A stretch of 64,000 nucleotides of DNA from a virus (lineage: Duplodnaviria > Caudoviricetes), in IMG/VR virus record IMGVR_UViG_3300028888_001628, positions 1-64,000 of that record, one strand, 5' to 3'. Positions 49,693 through 58,753 of the stretch are shown piece by piece (within the stretch, counting starts at the first letter, position 1; each line of letters starts with the position of its first letter). The translations under genes were made by a program, and so were the position numbers. The notes under the pieces were generated by a model that was not told the DNA's origin, did not search any database, and was given only the letters and a program-made list of their open reading frames with translations.

Positions 49693-50691
49693 ATGAATAC
49701 AAGATTGTTAGAATATAGAATTTATAGATTAGAAAGACTTATCAATGAAGCCAAACAAGTTGGAACTCTGTATCATAACTGTTCAGCTGAGATAGCAGCT
49801 AAATATATTGTAAAAGATAATATACTTCAATCATCTGGAGCATATGTAAATAAGATCACAGGTACTACAGATATTGTATCATTTACAAGATTTAAACATA
49901 AAAAACTTCCTCATAATATCCTGTCATTGATAAACACTCCATTTATAGTTCGTTTTAGAGTAAATGGTGATAAACTATCTGAGAACTATAAAGTTTTTCC
50001 ATATAATGACTTTCCTGACGCTACAGGTAAGCTTGCTATGCTTAGTGATCAGCAAGAAGAGTGCGTCAAAGGACCTATTAAAAACTTTTCTAAATACGTA
50101 GAAAGCGTTGAATTTATCTTTAGTAGTGATATAAATATTGATTACTCTAATGATTCATACGCATCAGACAAAGGAAGAATAAATACATTTAATCAGATCG
50201 TTGATTGGTGTAATAAAAATAATATTGAATATGTTGTCGATAAAAAATATGCAGACTTTATAGATAAAGCAAAGAATGGTAAAGGTGATCCATACGAAGT
50301 TAGCCCTCATGTAAATGAAAGAAACACTCTTCGAACTTTAATTAGTAATATAGGTCTAAAAAGAATGGGCTTGCCAAATACATATAAGATAAACGGTGAT
50401 ATTTTTGGTTATGACAATGACAAGATTTACTTTGTCATGGAATACATAAATTCTGTAAAAGACCCAGCTGGGTATGTATCATTTGATGCGTACATTACTA
50501 ATTATAACACTCCAATACAATGTGAAGACACACCTGATGTAAGTGAGATTTGCAATAAAGCCAAGATAAATGCTAGTAAGTTTAGTGAAATGGACGACAA
50601 AGCTTTTATAAAATTTATTAAGAAATTACCAATAGCGTGTGGTATATCAAGAAAAGTTAAAAACGTAATGAATAAACTAGGATACGTTTAG
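49693..50691 (+). CDS. Leader + ADP-ribosyltransferase-like domain protein
   Basis: LEYRIYRLERLINE; LYH, VSFTR, QQEE; paralog of 33377 N-terminal domain. Confidence 0.65.
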   Translation: MNTRLLEYRIYRLERLINEAKQVGTLYHNCSAEIAAKYIVKDNILQSSGAYVNKITGTTDIVSFTRFKHKKLPHNILSLINTPFIVRFRVNGDKLSENYKVFPYNDFPDATGKLAMLSDQQEECVKGPIKNFSKYVESVEFIFSSDINIDYSNDSYASDKGRINTFNQIVDWCNKNNIEYVVDKKYADFIDKAKNGKGDPYEVSPHVNERNTLRTLISNIGLKRMGLPNTYKINGDIFGYDNDKIYFVMEYINSVKDPAGYVSFDAYITNYNTPIQCEDTPDVSEICNKAKINASKFSEMDDKAFIKFIKKLPIACGISRKVKNVMNKLGYV

Positions 50692-50723
50692 TTATAGACG
50701 TATAATTCTATATCAAATAATTA

Positions 50724-50788
50724 TTGAATGAAGCTTGTATGGATTAAGCAATAAATATATGTAGCAGGTTCGAATCCTGTCATTCAAT
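50724..50788 (+). ncRNA. tRNA-like element lacking an anticodon arm
   Basis: TTGAATG/CATTCAA acceptor, GCTT/AAGC D-stem with GG, GCAGG-TTCGAAT-CCTGT T-arm. Confidence 0.65.
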
Positions 50789-50861
50789 GACAACTAATGA
50801 GTTGTTTCATACTGTTCTAGGTCGGTATGACAGTTTACTAATTACTGAACTAATAATTAGT

Positions 50862-50897
50862 AAATCCCTAGTAAAATTTACTAGGGATTTTATTTTA
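50862..50897 (+). terminator. Intrinsic terminator
   Basis: AAATCCCTAGTAAA/TTTACTAGGGATTT. Confidence 0.7.
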
Positions 50898-50996
50898 GTA
50901 ATTTAAAATTATTTTCATAATTAGTTAAATAACTTAAAATAGCTTTGTATATTATAGTTATGAATATAACCTCCTCTATTATAGGAGACAATAACT

Positions 50997-51284
50997 ATGA
51001 TGAGATTTCAAACTAAAGAAGGTAAAATATTTAATGCTGTTTCATTTAACCGCTTCATATCTAAAATGGAACAGGGAACACTTTACATAGCAAAAGTGAT
51101 TCTCGATAATGAAACTTGGATTGTAAACAGTAATGAAGATAAAAATGATCTTCGAAATAAAGCAATTTCATTTGTTAAGAAATTCAAACAACCTGTAAAA
51201 ATTTGCAGAGTTGATAGATTCATTGATGAATATGAATCTAATGAACTATATAGCTTATCTTATGAAGATTGCTTATCTAAGTAA
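50997..51284 (+). CDS. Hypothetical protein
   Basis: AGGAG RBS. Confidence 0.7.
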   Translation: MMRFQTKEGKIFNAVSFNRFISKMEQGTLYIAKVILDNETWIVNSNEDKNDLRNKAISFVKKFKQPVKICRVDRFIDEYESNELYSLSYEDCLSK

Positions 51285-51298
51285 TAAATCAAATATAC

Positions 51299-51394
51299 TG
51301 TAGCCAATTTTGAAATTCTTTGCCCTGGTGGGAGATACCGCTACATATCGTTTACCACTGGAGGTTAACTTCCCGTCCTGTGTAGGGGCGCCAG
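51299..51394 (+). ncRNA. Candidate structured RNA
   Basis: GC-rich island with nested stems and possible pseudoknot; strand uncertain. Confidence 0.35.
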
Positions 51395-51637
51395 TTATAG
51401 AATCTATTATGATTTCTATAATCAGTAAAGATGAACTGCTCAAATAATGAGTAAGCACTTTATGACATGGTTTTCAGCAGACTATTGGGCGTACAAACAA
51501 AATAATCCAGAAGGTAGTTGGATATCTTTTGAATTATTATAGAGAGTGATACTACCGAATTTCTTACTCTCTTTTTAAATAATTCATTAGGTTCGCGACA
51601 TTGAAATAAGTGGTTCTCGAACTAAAATAAAATAGTA

Positions 51638-51993
51638 AATCTAAATTCCAATCTAAATTCTAATCTAAATTCCAATCCAAACTCCAATCTCAATCTTCAA
51701 CTTCGTACTTCGGTCTAATTCTTAAGCTGATTCACTGAATCTTAATTTGCTTTACGTAATTCAAAACGACCTTCTGAATTTTAGAACTGATGAACTTCTA
51801 CTGAACGGAATTTCTTCTAAAGAATTTTTAAAAGACTGATCACCTTCTAAAAATTTTCAAAGAGGATTTCATTCAACTGATGACTCAATCTAAATTCTAA
51901 TCTAAATTCTAATCTAAATTCTAATCTAAATAATAATATTATTTTATTTATTAATACTATAAATAATAATATAAATATTTAAAATAGAATTTT
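51638..51993. repeat. AATCTAAATTC(T/C) 12-mer arrays plus AT-rich tract; candidate replication origin
   Basis: Arrays at 51638-51697 and 51887-51931, near-pure AT 51931-51993. Confidence 0.6.
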
Positions 51994-52280
51994 TAGAACT
52001 CAGAATTCAGATCAAAAATAAACCAACCTTCAAAACTAAAAAATTCTTTAAAAGAAATTCCGCGTCTGTGGACCTTCAACCTAATTAAATCTTTAGAAGA
52101 AGTTCCGCGCCGTGCCTCAACTTGATGATTAAGTTCGTAAAACATAACCGCTATTAAGCGTAGAGAGGCCTCTGAGATCACTTTAGAATCGTTGCATATA
52201 ATTTATCCTCTACAAATTAACCAATGATTCTACATGTTGTATATTAAATAATATAACAATTAACTCAAATGGAGGTCATT

Positions 52281-52442
52281 ATGTTTGAGATTTCTTTTTC
52301 TGAATTTACGAATAACAATTTCTATTCTGACTATTCAATTTCGTACATGACTGGTTTTACAGTTGCAGATACGCATAACTCTAAAGCTAAGGTCATTGTG
52401 AACGTTGATTCCAAAACAGCTTTTGCTTACATGGATAAATAA
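52281..52442 (+). CDS. 53-aa small protein (absent from ORF track)
   Basis: GGAGG RBS, TTGTATA motif upstream; MFEISFSEF... Confidence 0.65.
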   Translation: MFEISFSEFTNNNFYSDYSISYMTGFTVADTHNSKAKVIVNVDSKTAFAYMDK

Positions 52443-52444
52443 GT

Positions 52445-53077
52445 ATGAATATTGAAAGTCTAGAAAGTAGTATTACAGATTTACTTATTAAGTACAGAGG
52501 TATTCAATCTTCAATAGAGAACGTGAAGAATTCTATTTCTGAAGTAGATTCTAGACTTTCTATCTTAGAAGAAGAGAAGAATACACTTAAATTATGTAAA
52601 CCTATAATCGATGATATTATTAGTAAGTTCTCTAATTCTCTTCTAAAGAAATTAGAAGATCTACTTACAATAGGTTTAAAACAAATATTCTTTGATAAGA
52701 ACTATTCAGTGCAGATAAAAGTAGTTGATAAACGCAATTCTAAGTGCGTAGAATTACTTTTGAATGACAATGGTAATTTAATACCTATTAAGAATTCAAA
52801 TGTTGCTGGTGGTGTTTTGGTTGTTATAGCATCTATTATACAGATGTTCTACATAATCAATCTCGATTCAGTAGACAAGTTTATGTTCTTAGATGAGCAG
52901 TTCACAGCTATTTCAAAGATTTACGTTCCACAGTTTATGGAATTTGTTAAATCACTTTGTGAAGAAACTGGTCTTGTTATAGTACTAATTACACATGATG
53001 ATAAATTCATGCAATATGGTGATAGAGTTTATCTCGCAAATAGCGGTAAATTTACATTACAAGAATCAGTGGAATAG
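52445..53077 (+). CDS. SbcC/Rad50 C-terminal half
   Basis: Coiled coil, AGG signature, FMFLDE Walker B, ITHD H-loop; no Walker A. Confidence 0.85.
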   Translation: MNIESLESSITDLLIKYRGIQSSIENVKNSISEVDSRLSILEEEKNTLKLCKPIIDDIISKFSNSLLKKLEDLLTIGLKQIFFDKNYSVQIKVVDKRNSKCVELLLNDNGNLIPIKNSNVAGGVLVVIASIIQMFYIINLDSVDKFMFLDEQFTAISKIYVPQFMEFVKSLCEETGLVIVLITHDDKFMQYGDRVYLANSGKFTLQESVE

Positions 53078-53080
53078 CTT

Positions 53081-53764
53081 ATGAATCTTACAGAGTATTT
53101 CAATTCTTTATCAAAGATAGACAGAGTTTATAATAAATATGCAGCTTATTCAGCTGCATTTAATGATCCGTATAGACTAGCAACATCTTATGACGCGTTT
53201 AAGTATGATGGATTTGATAGTAATCTTAAACGATGGATTGCTAGTCAAGGTAAATGTATCGCAATGCCTAACATGATAGGTAATGAAGTTGTATCAATCA
53301 TGTTTCGATCTTGTGCAGATAAGGTGTTTAGATATTATACAGAATGTCACAGGATTCCATACGGTGCAGGTTTTAATGAAAAGCGTTATAGTCAACCATG
53401 GATTATAGTTGAATCTGTGTTAGACTCTGATTTTATTAGAAATTTTTATCCGTTTGTTATTTCAACAAACGGTGTATCAGTTTCTAAGAATACAATGGAA
53501 TTCTTAATGGGTACTTCATCAAAGGTATATTGTGGATTCGATACAGATAAAGCTGGGACAGATTCATTTCATTCTTTAGCAAAGAAGTATTCAAACAGAG
53601 ATAATAATTGCTTTCATATAAAGCGTTTTCTAACGCCTATGAATTTTGAAGGTAAATATTTAAAAGACTTTGGTGAAATTATAGATTGTCTATACAATAA
53701 AAGATTAGACGACTATGATTATTATGTATCGTCTCTTAAATATTCCATTGCTATATTAGATTAA
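53081..53764 (+). CDS. TOPRIM primase-like protein
   Basis: IVESVLD, FDTDKAG, KDFGE. Confidence 0.8.
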   Translation: MNLTEYFNSLSKIDRVYNKYAAYSAAFNDPYRLATSYDAFKYDGFDSNLKRWIASQGKCIAMPNMIGNEVVSIMFRSCADKVFRYYTECHRIPYGAGFNEKRYSQPWIIVESVLDSDFIRNFYPFVISTNGVSVSKNTMEFLMGTSSKVYCGFDTDKAGTDSFHSLAKKYSNRDNNCFHIKRFLTPMNFEGKYLKDFGEIIDCLYNKRLDDYDYYVSSLKYSIAILD

Positions 53765-53766
53765 TT

Positions 53767-54549
53767 ATGTTAAATGAAAAGTACGCACTTCAGTATAAAG
53801 TATCAGAAATAAATTCACTTGCTGATAAGATATACGATCACATTATAGAAGTTTCAAATGATTTGGAAGATGGTTTGTCAGATTTAAACGATGAGTTGTC
53901 TGATGAAGGTTCCGTATTAGCATATAAAGAGAAAGTCACTGGTCTATTGAAATATTCTATAATGATTTACGTCTATATATTGGATTATGATTCAAATCAG
54001 ACAGGTGGATACATTCCAGATACAGGCGCTATAAAGTTATATTTCTCTTTACCACAATTCAATTCTAGAAAGAATAATTATAATCACGATAGATTTAGAA
54101 AGACTTTACTGCATGAGTTAACTCATGCTAATGATTATTTTATTGACTATTATAATCACAAAGTCTCTCATCAATACACGCATAACAATTTATCAGACGA
54201 TGATAGATCAATCATAGAGAATTCTAATAAAGGTATTTTTGATTTATTGTATCGCCTATGGAATGACTCAGAATTAAACGCACAGCAGATAACTATAACA
54301 GATGATCTTGTAAAACAACTTAAAGATACGATTTCTTATTTGAAAACTGTATCGTTAGATAGTGGTTTGTTTGATGCTATAAAGAGAGCTCTTTCTTATA
54401 ATAAATACTATAACAGAAAACACGATTACATGTCATGGTCAGATTACAAATTCAAGAAATGGTTTATTATAAATTCTGAAAAGAGATTAGAATCTTTGTT
54501 ATATAGAAAACGCAAGAATGATTTCTTGTTAGATTCTTCATATGATTAA
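53767..54549 (+). CDS. HExxH metallopeptidase-like protein
   Basis: LLHELTH and downstream ELNA. Confidence 0.65.
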   Translation: MLNEKYALQYKVSEINSLADKIYDHIIEVSNDLEDGLSDLNDELSDEGSVLAYKEKVTGLLKYSIMIYVYILDYDSNQTGGYIPDTGAIKLYFSLPQFNSRKNNYNHDRFRKTLLHELTHANDYFIDYYNHKVSHQYTHNNLSDDDRSIIENSNKGIFDLLYRLWNDSELNAQQITITDDLVKQLKDTISYLKTVSLDSGLFDAIKRALSYNKYYNRKHDYMSWSDYKFKKWFIINSEKRLESLLYRKRKNDFLLDSSYD

Positions 54550-54617
54550 ACCAATTTATATCACTTTGTATATAATAATTAAATCTAATTTATTTGTTAT
54601 TATATAAGGATTTAAAC

Positions 54618-55493
54618 ATGGCGAGATATAGTAATAAACCGAGTGCTATGCCAAAGTTAAGCGAATTTGTAGTAAATAATGAAGCAACGCAACTTTGTTG
54701 GGATTACACATTTACATTAGCGAAAGTTGTAGTTGCTAAATATTTCTCTAAGTATTTAGAGTACTTTGATAGAGAGGATCTTGCACAGTTAGCGACTGCA
54801 GACGCTGTTGCTTTTATAGTCAAGATTTCAAGTACTCAAAAAGACGATGATATTCGTAATATGAGAAATGTTCTCTTTACGAGAATTAGAAATACAGTTT
54901 CTAATTTTATATTTAGATCGAATCGTTTAGTAAATACAGATAATGAAGTTTTAGACAAGCAAGCTGTATATCCAAAATCGTTTAGCATTAATGCTGATCT
55001 TGTAAAGATGGATGATCTTTCAATCGAATCTATAGATTCATTTCGCGATATATCATTGCGTGTTTGGAAATTCTTTAAAACAAATTCTGCTAAAAGAGAA
55101 TATTTTATCAATGATTCTAACAATTCTATAGATGATTGGAAGTCATATTCAGAGGTTCATAATATGCGGACACCGTGTGATTTGATTAATTCATACAATA
55201 AATATTCAGATGATCAGATTGAAGCACTAGCTGAAAAATTAGATAGTATCACTGGACAGAATTATTTTTATATTCTATATCAGTTATTAGGTGATAAGTT
55301 TTTAGCATTTCTTGATGTCTTTCAAGAGGACAAGTTTAATATTCCATCAACCTCTTTAGTTAAAAAGATTTTAACAGATATGTCAATCTTTGAAGATTTT
55401 GATAAAGGTCTCACAGTTGAAACATTATCGAATAAATATAATAAATCACAAAAGGTAATTCAGCGTGTGATTGATTCTAGAGAGGTAATTTAA
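54618..55493 (+). CDS. Putative transcription factor: sigma-region-2-like N-terminus, Mor-like HTH C-terminus
   Basis: DREDLAQ...FTRIRN; FQEDKFNIPS...GLTVETLSNKYNKSQKVIQRVI. Confidence 0.5.
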   Translation: MARYSNKPSAMPKLSEFVVNNEATQLCWDYTFTLAKVVVAKYFSKYLEYFDREDLAQLATADAVAFIVKISSTQKDDDIRNMRNVLFTRIRNTVSNFIFRSNRLVNTDNEVLDKQAVYPKSFSINADLVKMDDLSIESIDSFRDISLRVWKFFKTNSAKREYFINDSNNSIDDWKSYSEVHNMRTPCDLINSYNKYSDDQIEALAEKLDSITGQNYFYILYQLLGDKFLAFLDVFQEDKFNIPSTSLVKKILTDMSIFEDFDKGLTVETLSNKYNKSQKVIQRVIDSREVI

Positions 55494-55495
55494 TT

Positions 55496-55975
55496 ATGGC
55501 TAAAAATAATAAAGAAGATACATCTTCTATTGCTAAAAAGTCATCTCAAGCGAAAGAAATTATTGATGCTTCTGTTATCTCTGATATTCCAGTTGAACTT
55601 GCAAATAATTTAACGTTAGTTGCGAAAAGAATCACTGCATTTCTTTCATATTATTCAGCAGCTTCTCTAACACGATTAAATACATTAAACAAATTTATTT
55701 CAGATGCTGAAGATAAGCTATATAACGTGAATGTAGACAGGCTCGATATGAAAGATCTTAATGCACGTTATAAAGAGGCAAAGAAAGCACAGGCTGAAAT
55801 TATGGGTATTTGTAGTCAGGTATCAAAGCAAGCTGTTGACACAGAGAATACAGCTCGTGTTGATGAGATTTACAACTTACTTAAATCAATGTCTGCTACA
55901 ACACTTTCACAGTTAAAAGATGCTCTAACATCAGATGATGATTTTGATTCAGATGATTCTGATTCAGAGGAATAA
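55496..55975 (+). CDS. Hypothetical helical protein (possible small terminase)
   Basis: Helical with acidic tail; function is a guess. Confidence 0.45.
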   Translation: MAKNNKEDTSSIAKKSSQAKEIIDASVISDIPVELANNLTLVAKRITAFLSYYSAASLTRLNTLNKFISDAEDKLYNVNVDRLDMKDLNARYKEAKKAQAEIMGICSQVSKQAVDTENTARVDEIYNLLKSMSATTLSQLKDALTSDDDFDSDDSDSEE

Positions 55976-55978
55976 TAC

Positions 55979-56737
55979 ATGATAGCTGATTTAATAAGTG
56001 ACTCTTTAAAGATTAGACTTATTACAAGAAATGTAATGTCAGTTTTTTCTACAAAAGATGAGTACACAGATACATTTCTAATGAAATTGAAGCATTCAAA
56101 TTATATAATCAATAAAGAGATTATTAAATCAGATGAGTTTATTGCATACACAAGAAAAACTTATAATCCGTATAAGAATATTTATAAGTACGTTTCAAAG
56201 CGCAAAGACGTTAGAACTGATAAGTTTGTAGAGTTCTTGAATTACTTTGGTTTAAATCATTTATTATGGATGCACTTTTATCAACTAAACAGTGATTCAT
56301 TATCATTAGTTGAGACTCTAATACTACTTGCAACAGAAAAACCGATTGTTATTACAAATTATTTAGATGATTCTGAGTACAAGAAAAAGTTATATTCATT
56401 ATTATTTCATGTGGGTCTAGAAAATAGACTAATAATAATTCCATGTAAAGATCTTCATGACGCTGTAAATAATTCAACTTGCCAATGTTATGTTAAAAAT
56501 AATGAGACAGTTAAAATACAGTCTACTTTCTCAAGCAGTTTTCTCAACAGTGAATTTAATACATCTGAGGAATATTATAATAACAAACGACCACGATTAT
56601 ATGTAGAGGATTCTAATTATATTGTTCCAGTGTCATATACCTACACTTTGTATGAACTATTTCTTATTTACTTATTTACAATAAAGACGTTTATATTATC
56701 TTTAAATAATTGGAGATATCAACTACCATGTCTGTAG
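55979..56737 (+). CDS. Hypothetical protein, possible degenerate ABC-ATPase fold
   Basis: FLNYFGL...QL...KPIVI..YLD pattern lacking catalytic motifs. Confidence 0.4.
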   Translation: MIADLISDSLKIRLITRNVMSVFSTKDEYTDTFLMKLKHSNYIINKEIIKSDEFIAYTRKTYNPYKNIYKYVSKRKDVRTDKFVEFLNYFGLNHLLWMHFYQLNSDSLSLVETLILLATEKPIVITNYLDDSEYKKKLYSLLFHVGLENRLIIIPCKDLHDAVNNSTCQCYVKNNETVKIQSTFSSSFLNSEFNTSEEYYNNKRPRLYVEDSNYIVPVSYTYTLYELFLIYLFTIKTFILSLNNWRYQLPCL

Positions 56738-57024
56738 ATTATAATGTAGATTATTCAAATCATACTCTTATAGACAATAAATCTAAGTATAGTAAAATAT
56801 ATAAGCTAACTGAGGTTGAAGCTTCAGATGTACATTTGGGTGATCTTATTTTACTAAAAACCCCATGTGGACAATTTAGACTCTATATGGCAATAGGTGA
56901 TTCTGATGAAGACAACACACTTCATCTAACAAGATATTCAGAGATTGATTTTGCAAAAGCTGGTGAAATCTCATCTGATATTTTATCAAATGACAATAAT
57001 ACTTCTTATCCATGTGGTTGTTAA
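56728..57024 (+). CDS. Hypothetical protein
   Basis: GGAG RBS. Confidence 0.6.
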   Translation: MSVDYNVDYSNHTLIDNKSKYSKIYKLTEVEASDVHLGDLILLKTPCGQFRLYMAIGDSDEDNTLHLTRYSEIDFAKAGEISSDILSNDNNTSYPCGC

Positions 57025-57126
57025 ATAGGTAAGAAGACTGTTGTATATATTATATGTTGGTTGCTATTGATGGTAGAAATGAAATAGGTCATTCTAACTA
57101 TATAGCTAACAATAGGAGAAACTAAT

Positions 57127-57393
57127 ATGGCAAATGTAAACGAATTTTATGATGCACAAACAGAATGCTCAATTCTTTTAGAGACTTTAAGAACCACCGC
57201 AAATTATGCAAATGATTTGATAGGCTTTATCTCTGTAAAAAGAGTAGATGATGAAGAGAATATTCTTGAGCTTCAATCTTACTCTAAAGAGAGTTTAGAC
57301 AATCTGCAGAAAATTGCACGTCAGATGAGTTCTTATGCTGATCGTTTTAATGCGAAACTAAACAAACTAAAAAGTATTACAGATGAATTTTAA
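57127..57393 (+). CDS. Hypothetical helical protein
   Basis: AGGAG RBS, terminator downstream. Confidence 0.7.
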   Translation: MANVNEFYDAQTECSILLETLRTTANYANDLIGFISVKRVDDEENILELQSYSKESLDNLQKIARQMSSYADRFNAKLNKLKSITDEF

Positions 57394-57568
57394 TAGCTAT
57401 TGATTCAAATACCCAGAAATAAATTTTCTGGGTATTATTTTATATATTAGTTACAGATCTGTAACTCTATTAAAATGTTCAGTAGTATTTTGTATAATAT
57501 AATTATGTTAGGGTTAATATATAAATCATAGTGAGTAATAACAACTTACTTTATTAGGAGCGTAGGAT

Positions 57569-58657
57569 ATGGCAGGTCGTACAGACTTCAAAAAATTATA
57601 TGGCGAACTTATGGATCTTACTACTAAAGAAGAGTCATTTTCGCCAAGTGGATCGATTATTTTAGATGCGATTATTTCAAATGGGAAAGGATTACCTTCA
57701 GGTACATTTATTGAGATTGCTTCCGAATCAGGATGTGGTAAATCCACAATGTGTCTGCATATTGCAAAGAAATACTGCGCGCAGGGAAAACGTGTAATTT
57801 ACATAGACACAGAGTCAGGGTTAAACGGTAATCAGATCGACTGTTTTGGAATGAGACAGTACGTAGATGATATGTTATTCATTCCGGTTCGTATGCAGAC
57901 ATACGGTGAAGTTGATAACTTTTTAATGCAAGTCCTTGAAGATAAAGATGTAGCACTTATTATTTACGATAGTATTACAGCTACAGTTCCAGGTCGTTTG
58001 ACAGAAAAGAATGTAGATGAAATGAATGAACCTGGCGTAGCTGCTCGTATTCAGTCAAACTTCATGCAGAAATTCAAAGCCCGTTTCAAGAACTCAAATA
58101 AAACAGTTATCTTTGTAAATCAGTTAAGAACAAAGATTGCAATGGGTTATGGTCAGGTTACAAAACTTGCACAGGCTGGTGGTCAAGCGTTAGGTTATTA
58201 TATGGACATTCGCATTATGATGAAGAAAATCAAAATGCTTGAACAGACTTTACCTGGTTATGAAAAACCTGTTCCTTATGGATGCGATCTTGCAATTTGG
58301 ACTGATAAGAATCGTTATGCTAGACCAATGCTCAAAAAGATTATTACAATTCATTTCGGTAAAGGCATTTCAAATGCAGGTGCTATTCGTGCAGTTTTAG
58401 AATATCATGGTGTAGTTGAAAAGGTTCCTCGAAAGGGATATAAGATTAAATATCAAGATGAAGAGGTAATGGTTAAAACTGATGAGGTTGAAGGATTTAT
58501 TAAAGAACGTCTAAAATATTTTGCAGAGGTTGCAGATAGCTTAGGTGGAATCGCTCTAATTCCAAATGAAGAAGATGAGGTTATTGATTCTTCGGCTGAA
58601 TTAGGCGAGACTGTTTCATTAGACGAAGATGATGTAGAAGAACCTTCAGATGATTAA
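57569..58657 (+). CDS. recA: RecA/UvsX recombinase
   Basis: SESGCGKST, YIDTE, YDSI, VIFVNQLR, GGQAL, KNR. Confidence 0.92.
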   Translation: MAGRTDFKKLYGELMDLTTKEESFSPSGSIILDAIISNGKGLPSGTFIEIASESGCGKSTMCLHIAKKYCAQGKRVIYIDTESGLNGNQIDCFGMRQYVDDMLFIPVRMQTYGEVDNFLMQVLEDKDVALIIYDSITATVPGRLTEKNVDEMNEPGVAARIQSNFMQKFKARFKNSNKTVIFVNQLRTKIAMGYGQVTKLAQAGGQALGYYMDIRIMMKKIKMLEQTLPGYEKPVPYGCDLAIWTDKNRYARPMLKKIITIHFGKGISNAGAIRAVLEYHGVVEKVPRKGYKIKYQDEEVMVKTDEVEGFIKERLKYFAEVADSLGGIALIPNEEDEVIDSSAELGETVSLDEDDVEEPSDD

Positions 58658-58692
58658 TTAAAGTTATAAAGTAATATCTAATTTGTAAATAT

Positions 58693-58730
58693 AAAACTCT
58701 CTATGGAATCTAATCTATAGAGAGTTTTAT
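58693..58730 (+). terminator. Intrinsic terminator
   Basis: AAAACTCTCTAT/ATAGAGAGTTTT. Confidence 0.7.
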
Positions 58731-58753
58731 TTGTATAAGAAAGGGTATTTACT

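Noticed and set aside
51273-51458. Minus-strand 61-aa ORF
   Set aside because: No clear RBS, opposite to local orientation; not fully excluded
51447-51542. 31-aa ORF MSKHFMTWF...
   Set aside because: No RBS, too short to support
51787-51884. Hammerhead ribozyme from two CTGATGA words
   Set aside because: No correctly placed GAAA or stem II
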